Positions 10,570-23,308 of a stretch of 48,008 bases of DNA are shown piece by piece. Location of the stretch: assembly GCF_001194135.2 (NCBI RefSeq), contig NC_068988.1, positions 75,422,373-75,470,380 on the forward strand, read 5' to 3'. This DNA comes from Octopus bimaculoides. Lineage: Eukaryota. The first letter of the stretch is position 1. Every line of letters starts with the position of its first letter. A program made the translations under genes and the position numbers. The notes beneath the pieces are model-generated. The model saw nothing but the letters and a program-made list of their open reading frames with translations, did no database searches and was not told where the DNA came from.

Positions 10570-10990
10570 GCGTATTAATATTAATGATTATGGGTAATTG
10601 GTGAAGGGTGCGGTGCTGCTGATGATAGTGGTGAAGTGAGTGATGATGATGAAAATATGAGAGAGATTGATGGTGATGTGTGTAGTGATAGGTATGATAG
10701 TGTGGGTGGTTGTTGAGGATGTCATGGCATTGATGACGTTTGTAGTAATGCTAGTAGAGGTGCTGTAGTAGAGTTGACAGTAATTGTAGTAGTGGTTTTG
10801 GTAGCGGAGAAGTCGGCATTGGAGGGGCGTTAGTAATCGTAATGTAGTTGTGGTGGTGTTGGTAGTAGTAGTGAGATATTGGTAGCGATAGTGATGTTGG
10901 TAACAGTATTGTTAATGGAGGTGAGAGTACTAGTAATGGTATTGGTAGAGGAGGTGATGTTGTTGGTAGTAGTGGTGAACAGGCTTTTAT
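10570..10990. repeat. GT-rich low-complexity tract (GGT/GAT/AGT mosaics)
   Basis: Degenerate trinucleotide mosaics with no long open frame. Confidence 0.7.
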
Positions 10991-11895
10991 TGTATCAGTG
11001 GTAACGTTTGTGGTGGAATAGATCCAATTGTGTCACAGCGCCAACACTGAACACTCAGTTTTTACCTCTCGAGTGAATGTCATTGACCTACTGCAATGTT
11101 TTATCAATATTTTCTCCAAGCCCACGCCTAAACTTGAACTCATGTTTTTAAACTACTAATACACTTGTCAGTGCTACAGGGTTGCCACTGCCTTGCTGGA
11201 ATCAATGAATATTTTGGTGTTTTCACCATCAAAGACAACACAACACGGCAGTAACATCATAAGAAACGGCGACTTCCCAGTTATTTATCTGATACTCTAC
11301 TAACTGTCTGTATCTGAGAATGAGTAGGGTAGTAATGATGAATTGGACAGTCGAGTGTCGGAAACCGTGGAAAGACGGGCTAAATGCCTTGCTCTGTGTG
11401 TAATCACGTATATCTATACTAAACTAACTACCAGTAATTTACTGAGGTTTAATTGAATCTGATATACCTCTTCCCTATTAATTGACTACCTCCTGCTAAA
11501 ATTAAGAATCAACATGAGGTGTAAATCAAACCATTACAAAGCTTATAATCTAAACATATGGTGCACGGAAAGAAATATGTAAACAAATCTTCCGTCTTCT
11601 TCCATTAAGATTCCTCTTTGAATTATCGTGAATGTGGCTGAATATTCCACTGACAGTTAAACAACGTCGTCATAGTACAAGACTAGATCAACCCTTTTAA
11701 ATAAATGTAGAGTCGAGTGGTTGGGTTAACAAGAAGTTTCACGCTCAAGGTTTCCGGCGACTCAGATACTATGCCGTGTTGTCGAACTTCTTAATCATTA
11801 CTGTACCCATTTACACACACAGACATATGCGTACATTCAGAGGTATGCATTGATCTATATTATTGATAATTGATAAGGAACAATATTAAACTTAC

Positions 11896-12013
11896 CCCGA
11901 TATGTTTCTAATTCGTATATAATCGATTTCGTTTTGGCGTGGCTGGAAACGAACACAGCTAAATTGTTCTATCTCTTGTATAGCCAAACGAATCTGTTCC
12001 AAAGTACTGGCCG
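11896..12013 (-). CDS. Astacin exon (catalytic domain, N-terminal half)
   Basis: Pyrimidine tract, then TAATAG|CG GCC ... TCG GG|GTAAGT; encodes ASTLEQIRLAIQEIEQFSCVRFQPRQNEIDYIRIRNISG. 118 bp, phase 1 to phase 2, joining in frame to 6454-6629. Confidence 0.93.
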
Positions 12014-12282
12014 CTATTAGTCGTGGAAGAGAGAATAAGAAGCAAGGATTATTTCAAAGGAAACTCTCTTCTGAGTTGTTCAAGTAATTTTAGTGGTTGC
12101 TCTATCAAGAGAAAACTTTGGAATTGAAAAAACTTAATGAATGTTTGAAACAATTACGAGAAATGAACTGTAAATTTTGGAAGGTAAAGTGGCTTCGTAC
12201 AATATTACATGTATTTTTGAAAATAGAAATAATATATCGCTAAATCTCTGAGAGATATATGCAGTAGCAGTACGATAAAGTG

Positions 12283-12477
12283 ATAGTATGTTGTCAACTT
12301 AATGTGACAGTCCCATGGATGCTGGCTTTGTTGGGTGGAGGTGCTTATCTCCACTTTGAAAACAGAAGGGCATAGGAAATGTGTCAAGTCCAACAGGAAA
12401 CGGTGTTTTCTAGGGCTAAATAACAGTAGCATTCTTCCCCTTTATGGGACTGTCACATTAAGTTGACAACATACTAT
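12283..12477. repeat. 34-bp perfect inverted repeat with a 127-bp spacer
   Basis: 12283-12316 ATAGTATGTTGTCAACTTAATGTGACAGTCCCAT is the exact reverse complement of 12444-12477. Confidence 0.95.
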
Positions 12478-13015
12478 TACATTACATGTGTTTGTTTAGA
12501 AGAATGCAATAGTTGTTGTTGTGTTAGTTCTGACATGGGTTGATGGAAGTACTTAAAACAGGGGTACCGTATAAACAAGGGTTCTGTATGAAACAAAGGT
12601 ACTGTATGAAAGAGGGCTGGTGACTCGAATTGTATAAAACGTTTTGTTATAATTTGTGGTGCGAACTCATTTGATGCTAACAAAAACACGCGTTAAATCT
12701 TCAATGTTTCTGCTATTTACTAAGATATAAAATACATGGGACCTATGCACTAGCAATGTACCTGAAGTGAAGTCTCTCCTACAACTACAGTTGTGTTTTG
12801 CTGATTGGATATCTTGATTGTTCAGTACTATATATTGATAGTTCGACACTATGCATTAATTCAGCAGAATGACATGAAGGACAAAAAAATCTGAAACATA
12901 TTTTCTTATCTAACTAGATAGATTGATAAAGAGTTTGGGCGTGAAAAATAGATGACTAGACAGAAAAAGAGAGAGAAAGAAGAGAAAGAAAGAGGAGATA
13001 ATTGAAGCTACTCAC

Positions 13016-13091
13016 GAAAGACTGTATCAACTGTAAATGGTACAACTCTTCTTAACCAAACTGTGTTGTGTTCTCTGACAGCATTTCGCCT
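13016..13091 (-). CDS. Astacin exon (pro-peptide cleavage site and mature N-terminus)
   Basis: TTTCAG|AGG CGA AAT ... TTT C|GTGAGT; encodes RRNAVREHNTVWLRRVVPFTVDTVF (RRNA activation site, W-x3-VPF). Phase 1 joins 11896-12013. Confidence 0.92.
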
Positions 13092-14581
13092 CTGAAATAA
13101 TAGACACACACCGAAACAACTAAGCTACGTATGTAGTTGTGGTTGTCACTCCAAAAAATATGGTCTCAGCTTAAAATGTTTTTATCATTGCAACAATAAC
13201 AACGGCTGATGTAGTTCCTTAGCACTGAGTCAAACCTGATCCATTTTTTTTATCAGGCATAGTATATCTAGGTCTCTAAGGTCTTTGTTATCCAATGTAT
13301 TCCCATTTTTTAAGACGACAGGATGTGATCTGAGGTTGATTTTACTGCTAATGCTAGCAATTCCAGCGACCGCGTAGAAACGCCACTAAACAATAAATAT
13401 TCTACAAATGTCTACAACGATAGTAGAGTTAGATATGGGGCATCGTGATGGTTGGGCGACCGCTATGTATAGACATGTTATTTGTATGACATATATAGAC
13501 ATTTGTTGTTTAATAATTTAATGGAAGCAAAATCGGGATTAATATATGGGGTGTGGACAAGTGGAGGGCAAGAGGGTCGTCACCAACAAGCAAGTTGTGT
13601 GTGTGTGTATGTGTGAGTACGCGCGCGCGCATGCATATATATGTGTCGGCAATGCTGGAGCTCATTCTTTTTATATGGCGCTCACTACTATCGTTGGTAT
13701 TCATTTTATTGACCTCGTGAAGTATTAGACATAATATCAATTTCTATTACCTAGAATCAAATCTCCAAAACCTTAATTGTAAAATGATTGTTTTTGCAGG
13801 AAGTAGTGAAAGTCATAACTTTTATACATTTTCCCAAAACTCCATTAATTCCCAATCTACCGTTTAAAAAGAGAAGGACATATTACATAGCGTAGTTCTA
13901 GATTTACTATTTTTAGTTAGAGCCATGTTTAAGTGGTCAAATACCTTGGTGATTAAACGATAAAATGAACCCCTGCATCCACATCAGAACATGTTATTAT
14001 TCTCCCCACCCACGCACTCACACATAAAGACTTTACGGGCCCATGGGCCTGCTTGGTCCTACTGCTGCAATACCTATGCATCTATCTGAAGATGACGCTG
14101 GTCATCAACCAGTTCAATCAAGACTGACTCAATTCAAAAAGCAACAACAATGATTTCTCGTCAGATGATATAGAAAATAAACTCAATAGTTGTCAATTAT
14201 GACGTTAGTAACGGGCAATGAAATAGCAGAATCGATAGAGTATCGAATAAATACCTTGCAGTATTTATGACCTTTTATAATCTGAGTTCAACATCTGCTA
14301 AGTCAGTTTTGCCTGACACACTTCAGTTGTTGATAAAGTACTGGAGTCAATTTAACTGAAGTTATCTTCTCCCCAAATTTGAAAAACAAGTAATTGTGTT
14401 ATTTTCGAAGGTAAAATACGAACGCCACAAATCAATTTAATCACACCTGACCTTGAGCTTAAAACAAAAACAACTACAATCTCATAAATCACGACCGATA
14501 ACAACAACGACACTGCCCTTTCTTAAACACAATTCTAACCTTTCGTTTTCTCTTATCGGATTATCTGATTACATACACATA

Positions 14582-14628
<47 letters not shown>

Positions 14629-15516
14629 CTCTGATCACATCAAACCAAATCCTAGTCGCGCGTTTTACCAAATCTACGTTCTGTTTATGTTGCTGCCTGA
14701 ACAAAGACATCGTTTGATATTATTTATCCTCTTCTTTCATTCAACCCTTCAAAACATTTAGTTCGACATTATGAAAGTAACCTCCAGGTTTTATAGTACT
14801 TGCAATTTTATGTATTATCCCATTTCCGTTTTCCTCTTTATCCTTGTTTATTTTCTTTTAAATATTTTATTTTAATGTTTCTTTATTGTTTTTTCTTTTG
14901 GATTTTGTGTTTAATCAAATGAAATGACAGTCTTCCACCTTGTTTGTTGATCGGGGAATAAAATAGAAGAGAAAAGAGAAAAAACAATACCGTATGGCTC
15001 TTGGATAGAAATTTTATTTCACCCTTATTCCGCCAACGTCTTCCTTCATGTATTTCTATCCAGAAGACACTTTATTTACACATATATTTATTTATTCATT
15101 TATTTATTTATTTATTTATTGCTTGTTTGTCGGTTGGTTGATTGGTTGGTTGGTTGGTTGGTTGGTTGGTTGGTCGGTCGGTCGGTTGGTTTCTTATAAC
15201 ATTATGCGATTGTTGTTTATTACTACACGCGCACACATGTACACCTAACATACACACATACATGCATTTGGGAGAAACGCACATACGTACACCATATATT
15301 TACATCATGATTAGTCTCAACGTGGTATGTTTCGCCAAGGTGCTCAACAAATGGTCTTTCACATTACGAATTATTTGGGGTTATGATATTAAGTCGATAC
15401 AATGAAAAAAAATATGTAAAAGTAGGGTGACTGTAGACCACAGTAAGAAATAGAAAATAAACAAATCATAGGAAGGGTAGACAATCGTTGGACAAAACCA
15501 CAGAATGGCTACTAAT

Positions 15517-15700
15517 CAGTGGTTCCCAACCGATTTTAGGCCATGCCCCATCAAATCATTTCTAAAACCCTGATGCCCCCTTGTGATATTTAATTTTTGC
15601 TATTCAAAATTTGGTTAATGTTTACAATATTACCCGGAAACAAAATAAAAACAAATAGTGCAATGGATATTAAAAAAATGTGTAGGAAAGGAATATGAAA
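15517..15700 (+). mobile_element. hAT/Charlie-like DNA transposon end
   Basis: CAGTGGTTCCCAACC terminal motif; partner TIR not seen; extent uncertain. Confidence 0.45.
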
Positions 15701-15949
15701 AAAAATGCGCGGAAATCAACGGGGTGGGGGGAGAAGGACTTCGGAAAATTCACAAGATCCGAGTTTTTCCCTCATAACTTTTAGAAAAAAAAAATTTTTT
15801 ATATGAAATTTTATATAAATACCTTTCAACCGGCATAGATTACGATTAATAGATATTGAATAGAATAATTCGCCGTTGGAACTTTTTTAATTACATGTGT
15901 GTGTGTGTGTGTGGTAGAAATCTACGGATGCACAAACGCACAAAACAGG

Positions 15950-18790
15950 GAGAAAATGAAACAAATATGGACGACTTATTCAGAAACACTCGCGAGTGGG
16001 GAACAGTTCTCAAAAAAGCCCCCTTCCTTCCCCCCAAATTCCTATGCCACCACAGCAAAAACAACAACAATCACCACAGCAACAACAACAACCACAGCAG
16101 GAAGAACTGACCCAGCCTCAACCTTTAACACTCCTTAATTCAACCATAATTGATGACCTGCTTAAGGAAACGGTCAACTTCTCAGATTCCAGCTGTTCAC
16201 AGCTCGTTCAACCAGAGTTTCTTACCCACCCATCAAATTTTCAACAGCAGCAACAATTTCAGTAACAAGAATTACAACAACATCAACAATTCCAACAACA
16301 ACAACCACCCAAAAAACAGCAACAGATACAGCTTCACCCTACTAACACCCTCTTACAGCCTACAGACGAAACCCCAAAATATGTCGCTATTCACTACGCA
16401 AGAGGCTGTGCACCGACACTGATTGCAAATTCACTCATTTGCCAGGGACTAGACGCTCAATTCCTTTTCACAACAGCTGCTACCATCAAAGTGCACAATC
16501 TAAAAGAACGCCACTACCACCACTGCCATCATCCTCACCAAATACTTAATCAAATTTGAAAAAAAGCCACTCATGTTACACGGAACCTTAGAGTCTGCCG
16601 CTATTCCCGGCGTAACAGATTATGTCTACAGCATAATTGTCTATTTACTCATCTCCCGGGGACTCGTTGCACAAATAAAAATATAAACGGGACCCCTAAC
16701 CAATACAAAACCCACAACCACAAAATTTCCAGTTCCCCAAACAGAATTCTTTTTTTAGCTATAATGAATCTGGCAAAAGAGCTACAAAAGAACATTCTAG
16801 CCATCATACAAGGCCACCACCACCCTATCGCACAAACTCTCATTGCTGCCATTAACAAGCAAATCACCAAAACAGTCAAAATCAGTTACCACTATCGCCT
16901 CAACATTTTTGCTCAATGCACCAGGCATCAGCCCTTCCACCAATACCCAAAAATGGAAGATCCAATTTATTGAGGACTAGGTTAATGACCATCCACACCA
17001 TATGCCTTTTTTCGTCCTCACAGAGACCCATCTCAATAACCTTCACTTGGAAGTTCAGGTGAGAGTAAAGAATTTTACAGCTATCTGTGCAGACTGTGTC
17101 GGCAGAAGAAAGGGTGGGACCGCCATTTTCGTGCACAATTCTTTTTCGGCTGAAACAATGGAAGTATTTACCAACGGCTACTGTGAAGCAGCTTCTGTGT
17201 TTAGTAAAACCAACAATTCAATAGTAGTTGGGCTGTATAGACCACCCCTAACTCCTTTTCTACGCTTCAAGGAATGCCTCAACAGTATTAAGTGTTTCAA
17301 CCATCAGTATCATGCTGACAACATATTAACAACTTCCCCAGTGTTGATAGGTCCACAAACAGTTTGAAACCAGGATTTTCTGCCTCAACCCCTGATAAGG
17401 AAGCACGGATGAGTTTTTCCTAACCCAGCTTGTTCGTGAACCAACAAGGTGTCACAAAGACACCTTGGACCTAGTGTTCAGTAACCACACTGACATTATC
17501 CTCAATATTGCAGTGGAAAAAACACCACTACTCTCAGACCATGACATGGTTCTCTGCGATCTGAGATTCTACTACCCAAAGATCAAATCCAGTGACATCT
17601 CTCCAGTCCATTCATATGGGTCTTCATAACGCAGATTTGGATGCGATCAATCATGATCTTTCACAAGTTGATTGGGCCTTCACGCACGCGCACACCCCCT
17701 CCAACATAAACACATCATGGCAGACATTTGTAGATACCGTAACAAATATATGCGCAAAACATACTCTATAAAGATCAGTATACAAATCCAAGTGCAGAAT
17801 CCCTAGAAATAGAAGAGCAATTATAAGAAAAATAAAAAGAATTAAGAAAATCAACCAACTTAAATACTGCCAGCAGCAAGTCACCCATTCCACTACCATT
17901 GCATCACTCGAATCGAAAAACACACAAACTCCAAAAAAGCAGAGCAGCTGAGGAGAGTTGAGCCATCGAGAAAATAAAACTCAATCCCATTTGCAAAAAA
18001 AAAAAAAAGACATAAAGACGCTGTTTCCACTGTTGGTCCTCTGGTTGACGAGAACAACACTCTACATGATGATGCAAAATCCATGTGTGAGATACTGCAG
18101 AGACAATACTGCNNNNNNNNNNNCAAGTGCAGAATCCCTAGAAATAGAAGAGCAATTATAAGAAAAATAAAAAGAATTAAGAAAATCAACCAACTTAAAT
18201 ACTGCCAGCAGCAAGTCACCCATTCCACTACCATTGCATCACTCGAATCGAAAAACACACAAACTCCAAAAAAGCAGAGCAGCTGAGGAGAGTTGAGCCA
18301 TCGAGAAAATAAAACTCAATCCCATTTGCAAAAAAAAAAAAAAGACATAAAGACGCTGTTTCCACTGTTGGTCCTCTGGTTGACGAGAACAACACTCTAC
18401 ATGATGATGCAAAATCCATGTGTGAGATACTGCAGAGACAATACTGCTCTATCTTCACTAACCCTAATGCGGTTGATCTGGCTAGCATCAGTGATGTAAA
18501 CCCTCAACTAACCATATCTGACATAACTTTTGGTGCTCCTGATATCCTAAGAGAAATAGATAAGATCAAGCACAACTCGGCAGTAGGTCTCGATAAGTTC
18601 CCGGCCACTGTCCTGAAGATGTGTCGACATCAAATTGCACCCCCTCTAGCTGAGCTCTGGAGAAATTCACTTCATGCAGACTACATTCCTGATAATTTTC
18701 TTTCCCAGTCTGTCAATCCAGTCTTCAAAAGGGGAAACAAATCTCTTGCAGTGAACTACCGTCCGATTTCACTCGCTTCTCACTGCCATA
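15950..18790 (+). mobile_element. Decayed CR1-clade LINE (ORF1 remnant, APE endonuclease, start of RT)
   Basis: FVLTETHL, GGTAIFV, VVGLYRPP, TLDLVF and LSDHDMV endonuclease motifs; IAPPLAELW...PVFKRGNKSLAVNYRPISL RT start; many stops and frameshifts. Confidence 0.85.
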
Positions 18791-19039
18791 CATCCATTGT
18801 TTGAGGCTCTCTAATATGTAAAAGGATTATATCTAGTAATGGTTGAATTAGCTGTGTGATCTTCTCGAGTTACAAACGGTCTTTGTAGGTTTAGACGCTC
18901 TATTTTTCCGCCAATGTTTTGCTTTCTCGTTAGTGTCGTTATATACCTCATGGCTAATTTGCCAATGTTTGTGGTGGAGATGGATTTGGTGAATCGAAAA
19001 TTTGTGTTATTTGACGTAATTGTGTCATACACACATATA

Positions 19040-19103
<64 letters not shown>

Positions 19104-19233
19104 NNNNNNNNNNTATCGAACAATGAGGATGAGTGCTCAACATCGCATTGGAGGATAAATATTCTTTATTTCTGGGTTAACAAAACAACCATTGATTTCA
19201 TGCAGAGTCAAATCCCTCAACAATTATCAGACA

Positions 19234-19370
19234 TGCCACATGGTACTTGTCTCCATCTTGGATGAGAATACACAAAGCTATATTTATTTATCTAATAATC
19301 CCGTACAGTCACGTGTAGTTCGTGTATTCTCATCCAGGATAGAGAAGAGTACCAATGTTCCCATGTGGCA
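19234..19370. repeat. Imperfect inverted repeat, about 40-bp arms
   Basis: TGCCACATGG...TGGATGAGAATACAC vs GTGTATTCTCATCCA...CCATGTGGCA. Confidence 0.8.
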
Positions 19371-19441
19371 GGCTTCTTAACCGTCAGAAGATTTCTCGCT
19401 GTACGAAACCAGTGGTGGCCTTGTTAACCCACAAATAAAGT

Positions 19442-19480
<39 letters not shown>

Positions 19481-19563
19481 CCAAGATAGAGTAAGAAATT
19501 CATGAGTCAGGTACTCCAAATCAGTCGGAAGGATATGTACGGCCCGTGTGAGCGTGCAGTAAA

Positions 19564-19893
19564 TAGTCAATTCAAATAAACAGACGATTCAAATGAACGA
19601 ATAAAAACGGACATGAGGATGTGCATAAAAAATGTATTAGCTTGACGTTCGGTAAAAGGAGAAAGTTTGACATTTTGAGCATAGCTCTTCGTCAGAAAGG
19701 AGAAAGTCCAAAGAAGAAAAATAAATCACCAATGGCACACCTTCATTGAACTTTACCCGCATGGCCCTTCTGACGAAGGGCCATGCTCGAAACGTCAAAC
19801 TCTCTCCTTTCACCGAATACACTTCTTATGCACGTCCTCACAATGTCCGTTTACATTCGTTTATTTGAATTGTTTGTTTATTTGCATTGACTA
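19564..19893. mobile_element. Inverted pair of Penelope-type pseudo-LTR fragments, each with a hammerhead-like motif
   Basis: Arms about 19564-19700 and 19766-19893 are diverged reverse complements. Plus arm has CTGACGA-A-GGGC-CAT-GCTC-GAAAC-GTC; minus arm has CTGACGA-A-GAGC-TAT-GCTC-AAAAT-GTC. Confidence 0.7.
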
Positions 19894-19960
19894 CAAATAT
19901 ATACGTGTGTGTATGTGTGTGTGTGTGTGTGTGTGTATGTATATATATATATGTACATGT

Positions 19961-20152
19961 TTATAAGAAAATGGGATGGCAAAGGAATAAACGATGATCT
20001 TACGAACTTCACTAGCTTAAAGTTGTTTCTGTTATAAGGTGCAATAGCTTCATAGTTGAGTGACTGAGTTATACCATATAGCTTCATCGGACATTCGAGT
20101 AGGAAGTTTATAAGATAATCGTTTATTCGTTTGTTATCTCATTTTCTTATAA
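19961..20152. mobile_element. MITE-like element with about 50-bp imperfect TIRs
   Basis: TTATAAGAAAATG...GAACTTC (19961-20010) is inverted at 20103-20152. Confidence 0.65.
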
Positions 20153-20295
20153 CCGCTCTGCACTCGACTAACGCTTCGTTCGGAAGCATATGTATATTGA
20201 GTTCTACACCAGGTTATTAGTCTCGCAATGCCGAAGCGAAATACGCGCGCGCGCACGCCTTCTCACACACACTCACACACACGCACGCACGCACG

Positions 20296-20338
<43 letters not shown>

Positions 20339-21299
20339 TAATTTGCACATCCAACTTAACTTGGATGCATTGTTTTAAATGCCGTAAGCTGCGGTATCGT
20401 TCTGAGAAATCAGCTAAAAAAGGCATGCTGACAAAACTTCGTCAGCACTCTCGGTCTCACTCTGAAATACACACAGAGACACGCGCGTGCGTGTATTTGT
20501 ATGTATAGGTAAGAGTGAGAAGTTAATATGTTCGCTTTGAAATCATGTAGTTCTGGATTTCGATTCCACTGGCTGACATCTCTGACCACAGCTTCAAATC
20601 GAGCCAAGATTTTTAGATAACATTGGGTAGATGGAAACTGAATTGAAGCCTTCCGAATGCACTGTGCCTAAAATCCAAAATTCCATCCTTGTCCCACACT
20701 GTGTCACACTAAATCTGTCTCGAAATTGCTCTAAGGGTACACATGCCTTTAGAAATTCTCAACCACTTGCACATTAATTCAATGAGAAGGTAGTTCAGTT
20801 TATCGGACAACTAAATCCTCATCGTCAAAACAGACGCACACCCACATGCATATCGATACAACAAGTAAGAAACTAAACCACCAGTCTGTCACATAGACTG
20901 GTCACTGTGTTTGCAAGGCAACCGTCGATTTTCTCTATAAAATTAACTCTAAATTCTACATAAAATGTCATAAGACACATATATCGAAGTCTTAGCCTGA
21001 AATTTATGAATCGCCTTCATATTATTGAGGTAAATTACCGTGAAATGATATATTTTACTAAGATAGACAATTATGTGGTAGACTTCCTATTATGAGCCTG
21101 GTGACTGATAGTACATTTGTAAAGTAAATATGGTGTTATAAATGTCAGTGGCGTTAGAAGTGTAGATTTATACTAGTGAAAAACAGTATTTGATTTGGCA
21201 GAGAAATGCTGCAAGGTTTCTGTGGTGTAATCGTTGATGTAAATACGTGGGTCGAATCCCGCCAGAGAAGCCTTTTCTGCTCCAAATAAGTATTTACGC

Positions 21300-21301
<2 letters not shown>

Positions 21302-21364
<63 letters not shown>

Positions 21365-21372
21365 CGCGCGCG
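21302..21372. repeat. (TG)n/(CG)n microsatellite
   Basis: Direct inspection. Confidence 0.97.
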
Positions 21373-21614
21373 CGTCTATAAGTATATAATAATAAGGGTA
21401 GTTAGAAGAAATGAAAGAATTTATTTATTTACAGGTACTGAGAGTCCTCAGATCTTCCAAGGAAATGCAATGGAATGGAATAAAATAAGATAAAGTAAAA
21501 TATTTACGTTAAAACACTTAGGAGCTTTTCGTATAACGCTTGAGGAAGCTTTCACCTTTACACGGTATGCGTTCAGAAATAGTAGCTTCTTCCTCCGGAC
21601 AATCTTGAAGAATT

Positions 21615-21815
21615 TTAGCAGTAACATTAACTGTAGCATCAGCTATAATATTAGCTTTAACATTAACTGTAGCAGCTGGACGTCTGTTGTAACATTAGCT
21701 GTAGCAAAAGTTGTAGCATTTACTGTAACACTTTACAACACTAGCTGTAACAACTGTAATATTAGTTCTAATAATAGACGTAACATTAGCTATAATATCG
21801 GTTGTAACATTCGTT
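21615..21815. repeat. Degenerate 12-bp minisatellite (consensus about TGTAACATTAGC)
   Basis: Recurrent GTAACATTAG/CTGTAGCA units. Confidence 0.75.
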
Positions 21816-21929
21816 GACAACTAAAACCTGCGTTAATCTGAGTCTATGCTAAATATGCACATAATTTTATTCTATATAACAAAAACACCTTTAACTTTAC
21901 TCTAAATATACATATATGTTTATGTTATA

Positions 21930-22275
21930 TCGTCGTGACGTTCCGTCGGTTACGGCGACGAGGGTTCCAGTTGATCTGATCAACAGAACAGCCTGCTCGT
22001 GAAATTAACGTACTCTTAACGTAATTCTCGGGAAGATTCAGCGTGACACAAAGTGTGACAAGGCTGGCCCTTTGAAATACAAGTACAACAAAAACAGGAA
22101 GAGTGAGAGAAAGTGGTGGTAAAAGAGTACAGCAGGGTTCGCCACCACCCCTTGCCGGAGCCTCGTGGAGCTTTAGGTGCTTTCGCTCAAAAAACACAAC
22201 ACTCGGTCTGGGAATCGAAACTGTGAGCCTACGATCGCAACTCCGCTACCCTAACCACTGGGCCATTGCACCTCC
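21930..22275 (-). mobile_element. Near full-length tRNA-derived SINE
   Basis: Minus-strand A-box TGGCCCAGTGG and B-box GTTTCGATTCCC. A decayed 3' part of the same family lies at about 20690-20840. Confidence 0.8.
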
Positions 22276-22312
22276 AACTATGTTATATAAACAAGAATGT
22301 ATGTATACTTAC

Positions 22313-22359
22313 CACATCCATTAATATGTCACCTTGAGTTAAAAAGGTATTATCCACAG
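22313..22359 (-). CDS. Astacin pro-domain mini-exon (Asp-switch GDI motif)
   Basis: TTTTCTAG|CT GTG ... GAT GTG|GTAAGT; 47 bp encoding VDNTFLTQGDILMDV. Phase 0 joins RRNAV of 13016-13091. Confidence 0.85.
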
Positions 22360-23236
22360 CTAGAAAATACAATATTTAAATTAGAAGTTTCTAATATTAG
22401 TAAGATTTGCGTAGTAACATTCATGCTNNNNNNNNNNNNNNNNNNNNNNNNNNNNNNNNNNNNNNNNNNNNNNNNNNNNNNNNNNNNNNNNNNNNNNNNN
22501 NNNNNNNNNNNNNNNNNNNNNNNNNNNNNNNNNNNNNNNNNNNNNNNNNNNNNNNNNNNNNNNNNNNNNNNNNNNNNNNNNNNNNNNNNNNNNNNNNNNN
22601 NNNNNNNNNNNNNNNNNNNNNNNNNNNNNNNNNNNNNNNNNNNNNNNNNNNNNNNNNNNNNNNNNNNNNNNNNNNNNNNNNNNNNNNNNNNNNNNNNNNN
22701 NNNNNNNNNNNNNNNNNNNNNNNNNNNNNNNNNNNNNNNNNNNNNNNNNNNNNNNNNNNNNNNNNNNNNNNNNNNNNNNNNNNNNNNNNNNNNNNNNNNN
22801 NNNNNNNNNNNNNNNNNNNNNNNNNNNNNNNNNNNNNNNNNNNNNNNNNNNNNNNNNNNNNNNNNNNNNNNNNNTATATATATAATTTGTGTATTAAGGC
22901 TATCATTGGTTTCATGTTAAGAAAATGTCTTAATATCTTAACACTATTTCAAGCCGATCATATGGAAAGATGGTGTTCGTCTCTATTTTGGATTAAAGCG
23001 CGAAAAAGCACGGGAACAAAACACGAAATCAAGTGTGGGATGACTCTTGGGCAGCAACTTTTGAATGACTATCTCCCTTAGTTTAACTTTTGGGAAAAAA
23101 ATTGCGCTGAATGATAAGTTTGCTGATATTATGTTATATCCTGGATACGTGTAATGTTTGTATGTTTATGTGTTCATCAATAGGGCAAGTATCTTCTATG
23201 AGTAGAGTTCGTGTGATGTATATATTTAATGTTCAC

Positions 23237-23308
23237 GGTTAAAGAAAAAAAATCTATCCTTGTAGGATCGGCGGAGTGGGTGGTGGTTCCTCTTGGAAAT
23301 GTCGGAGT
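23237..23308 (-). CDS. Possible astacin pro-domain exon
   Basis: Good acceptor (pyrimidine tract, TTTCAG); open frame SDISKRNHHPLRRSYKDRFFFFN(P); phase 1 fits the next exon giving NP...GDI. Donor GTGAAC is weak. Confidence 0.4.

Noticed and set aside
12556-12620. Three to four imperfect 18-bp repeats, superficially CRISPR-like
   Set aside because: No unique spacers, eukaryotic context; a short degenerate tandem repeat.
17789-18447. Exact 324-bp tandem duplication (17789-18112 and 18124-18447)
   Set aside because: Identical copies flank an 11-N gap, typical of unmerged overlapping contig ends.
21560-21820. Minus-strand NVT-rich mucin-like reading
   Set aside because: Two frameshifts and an in-frame stop; explained by a 12-bp minisatellite.
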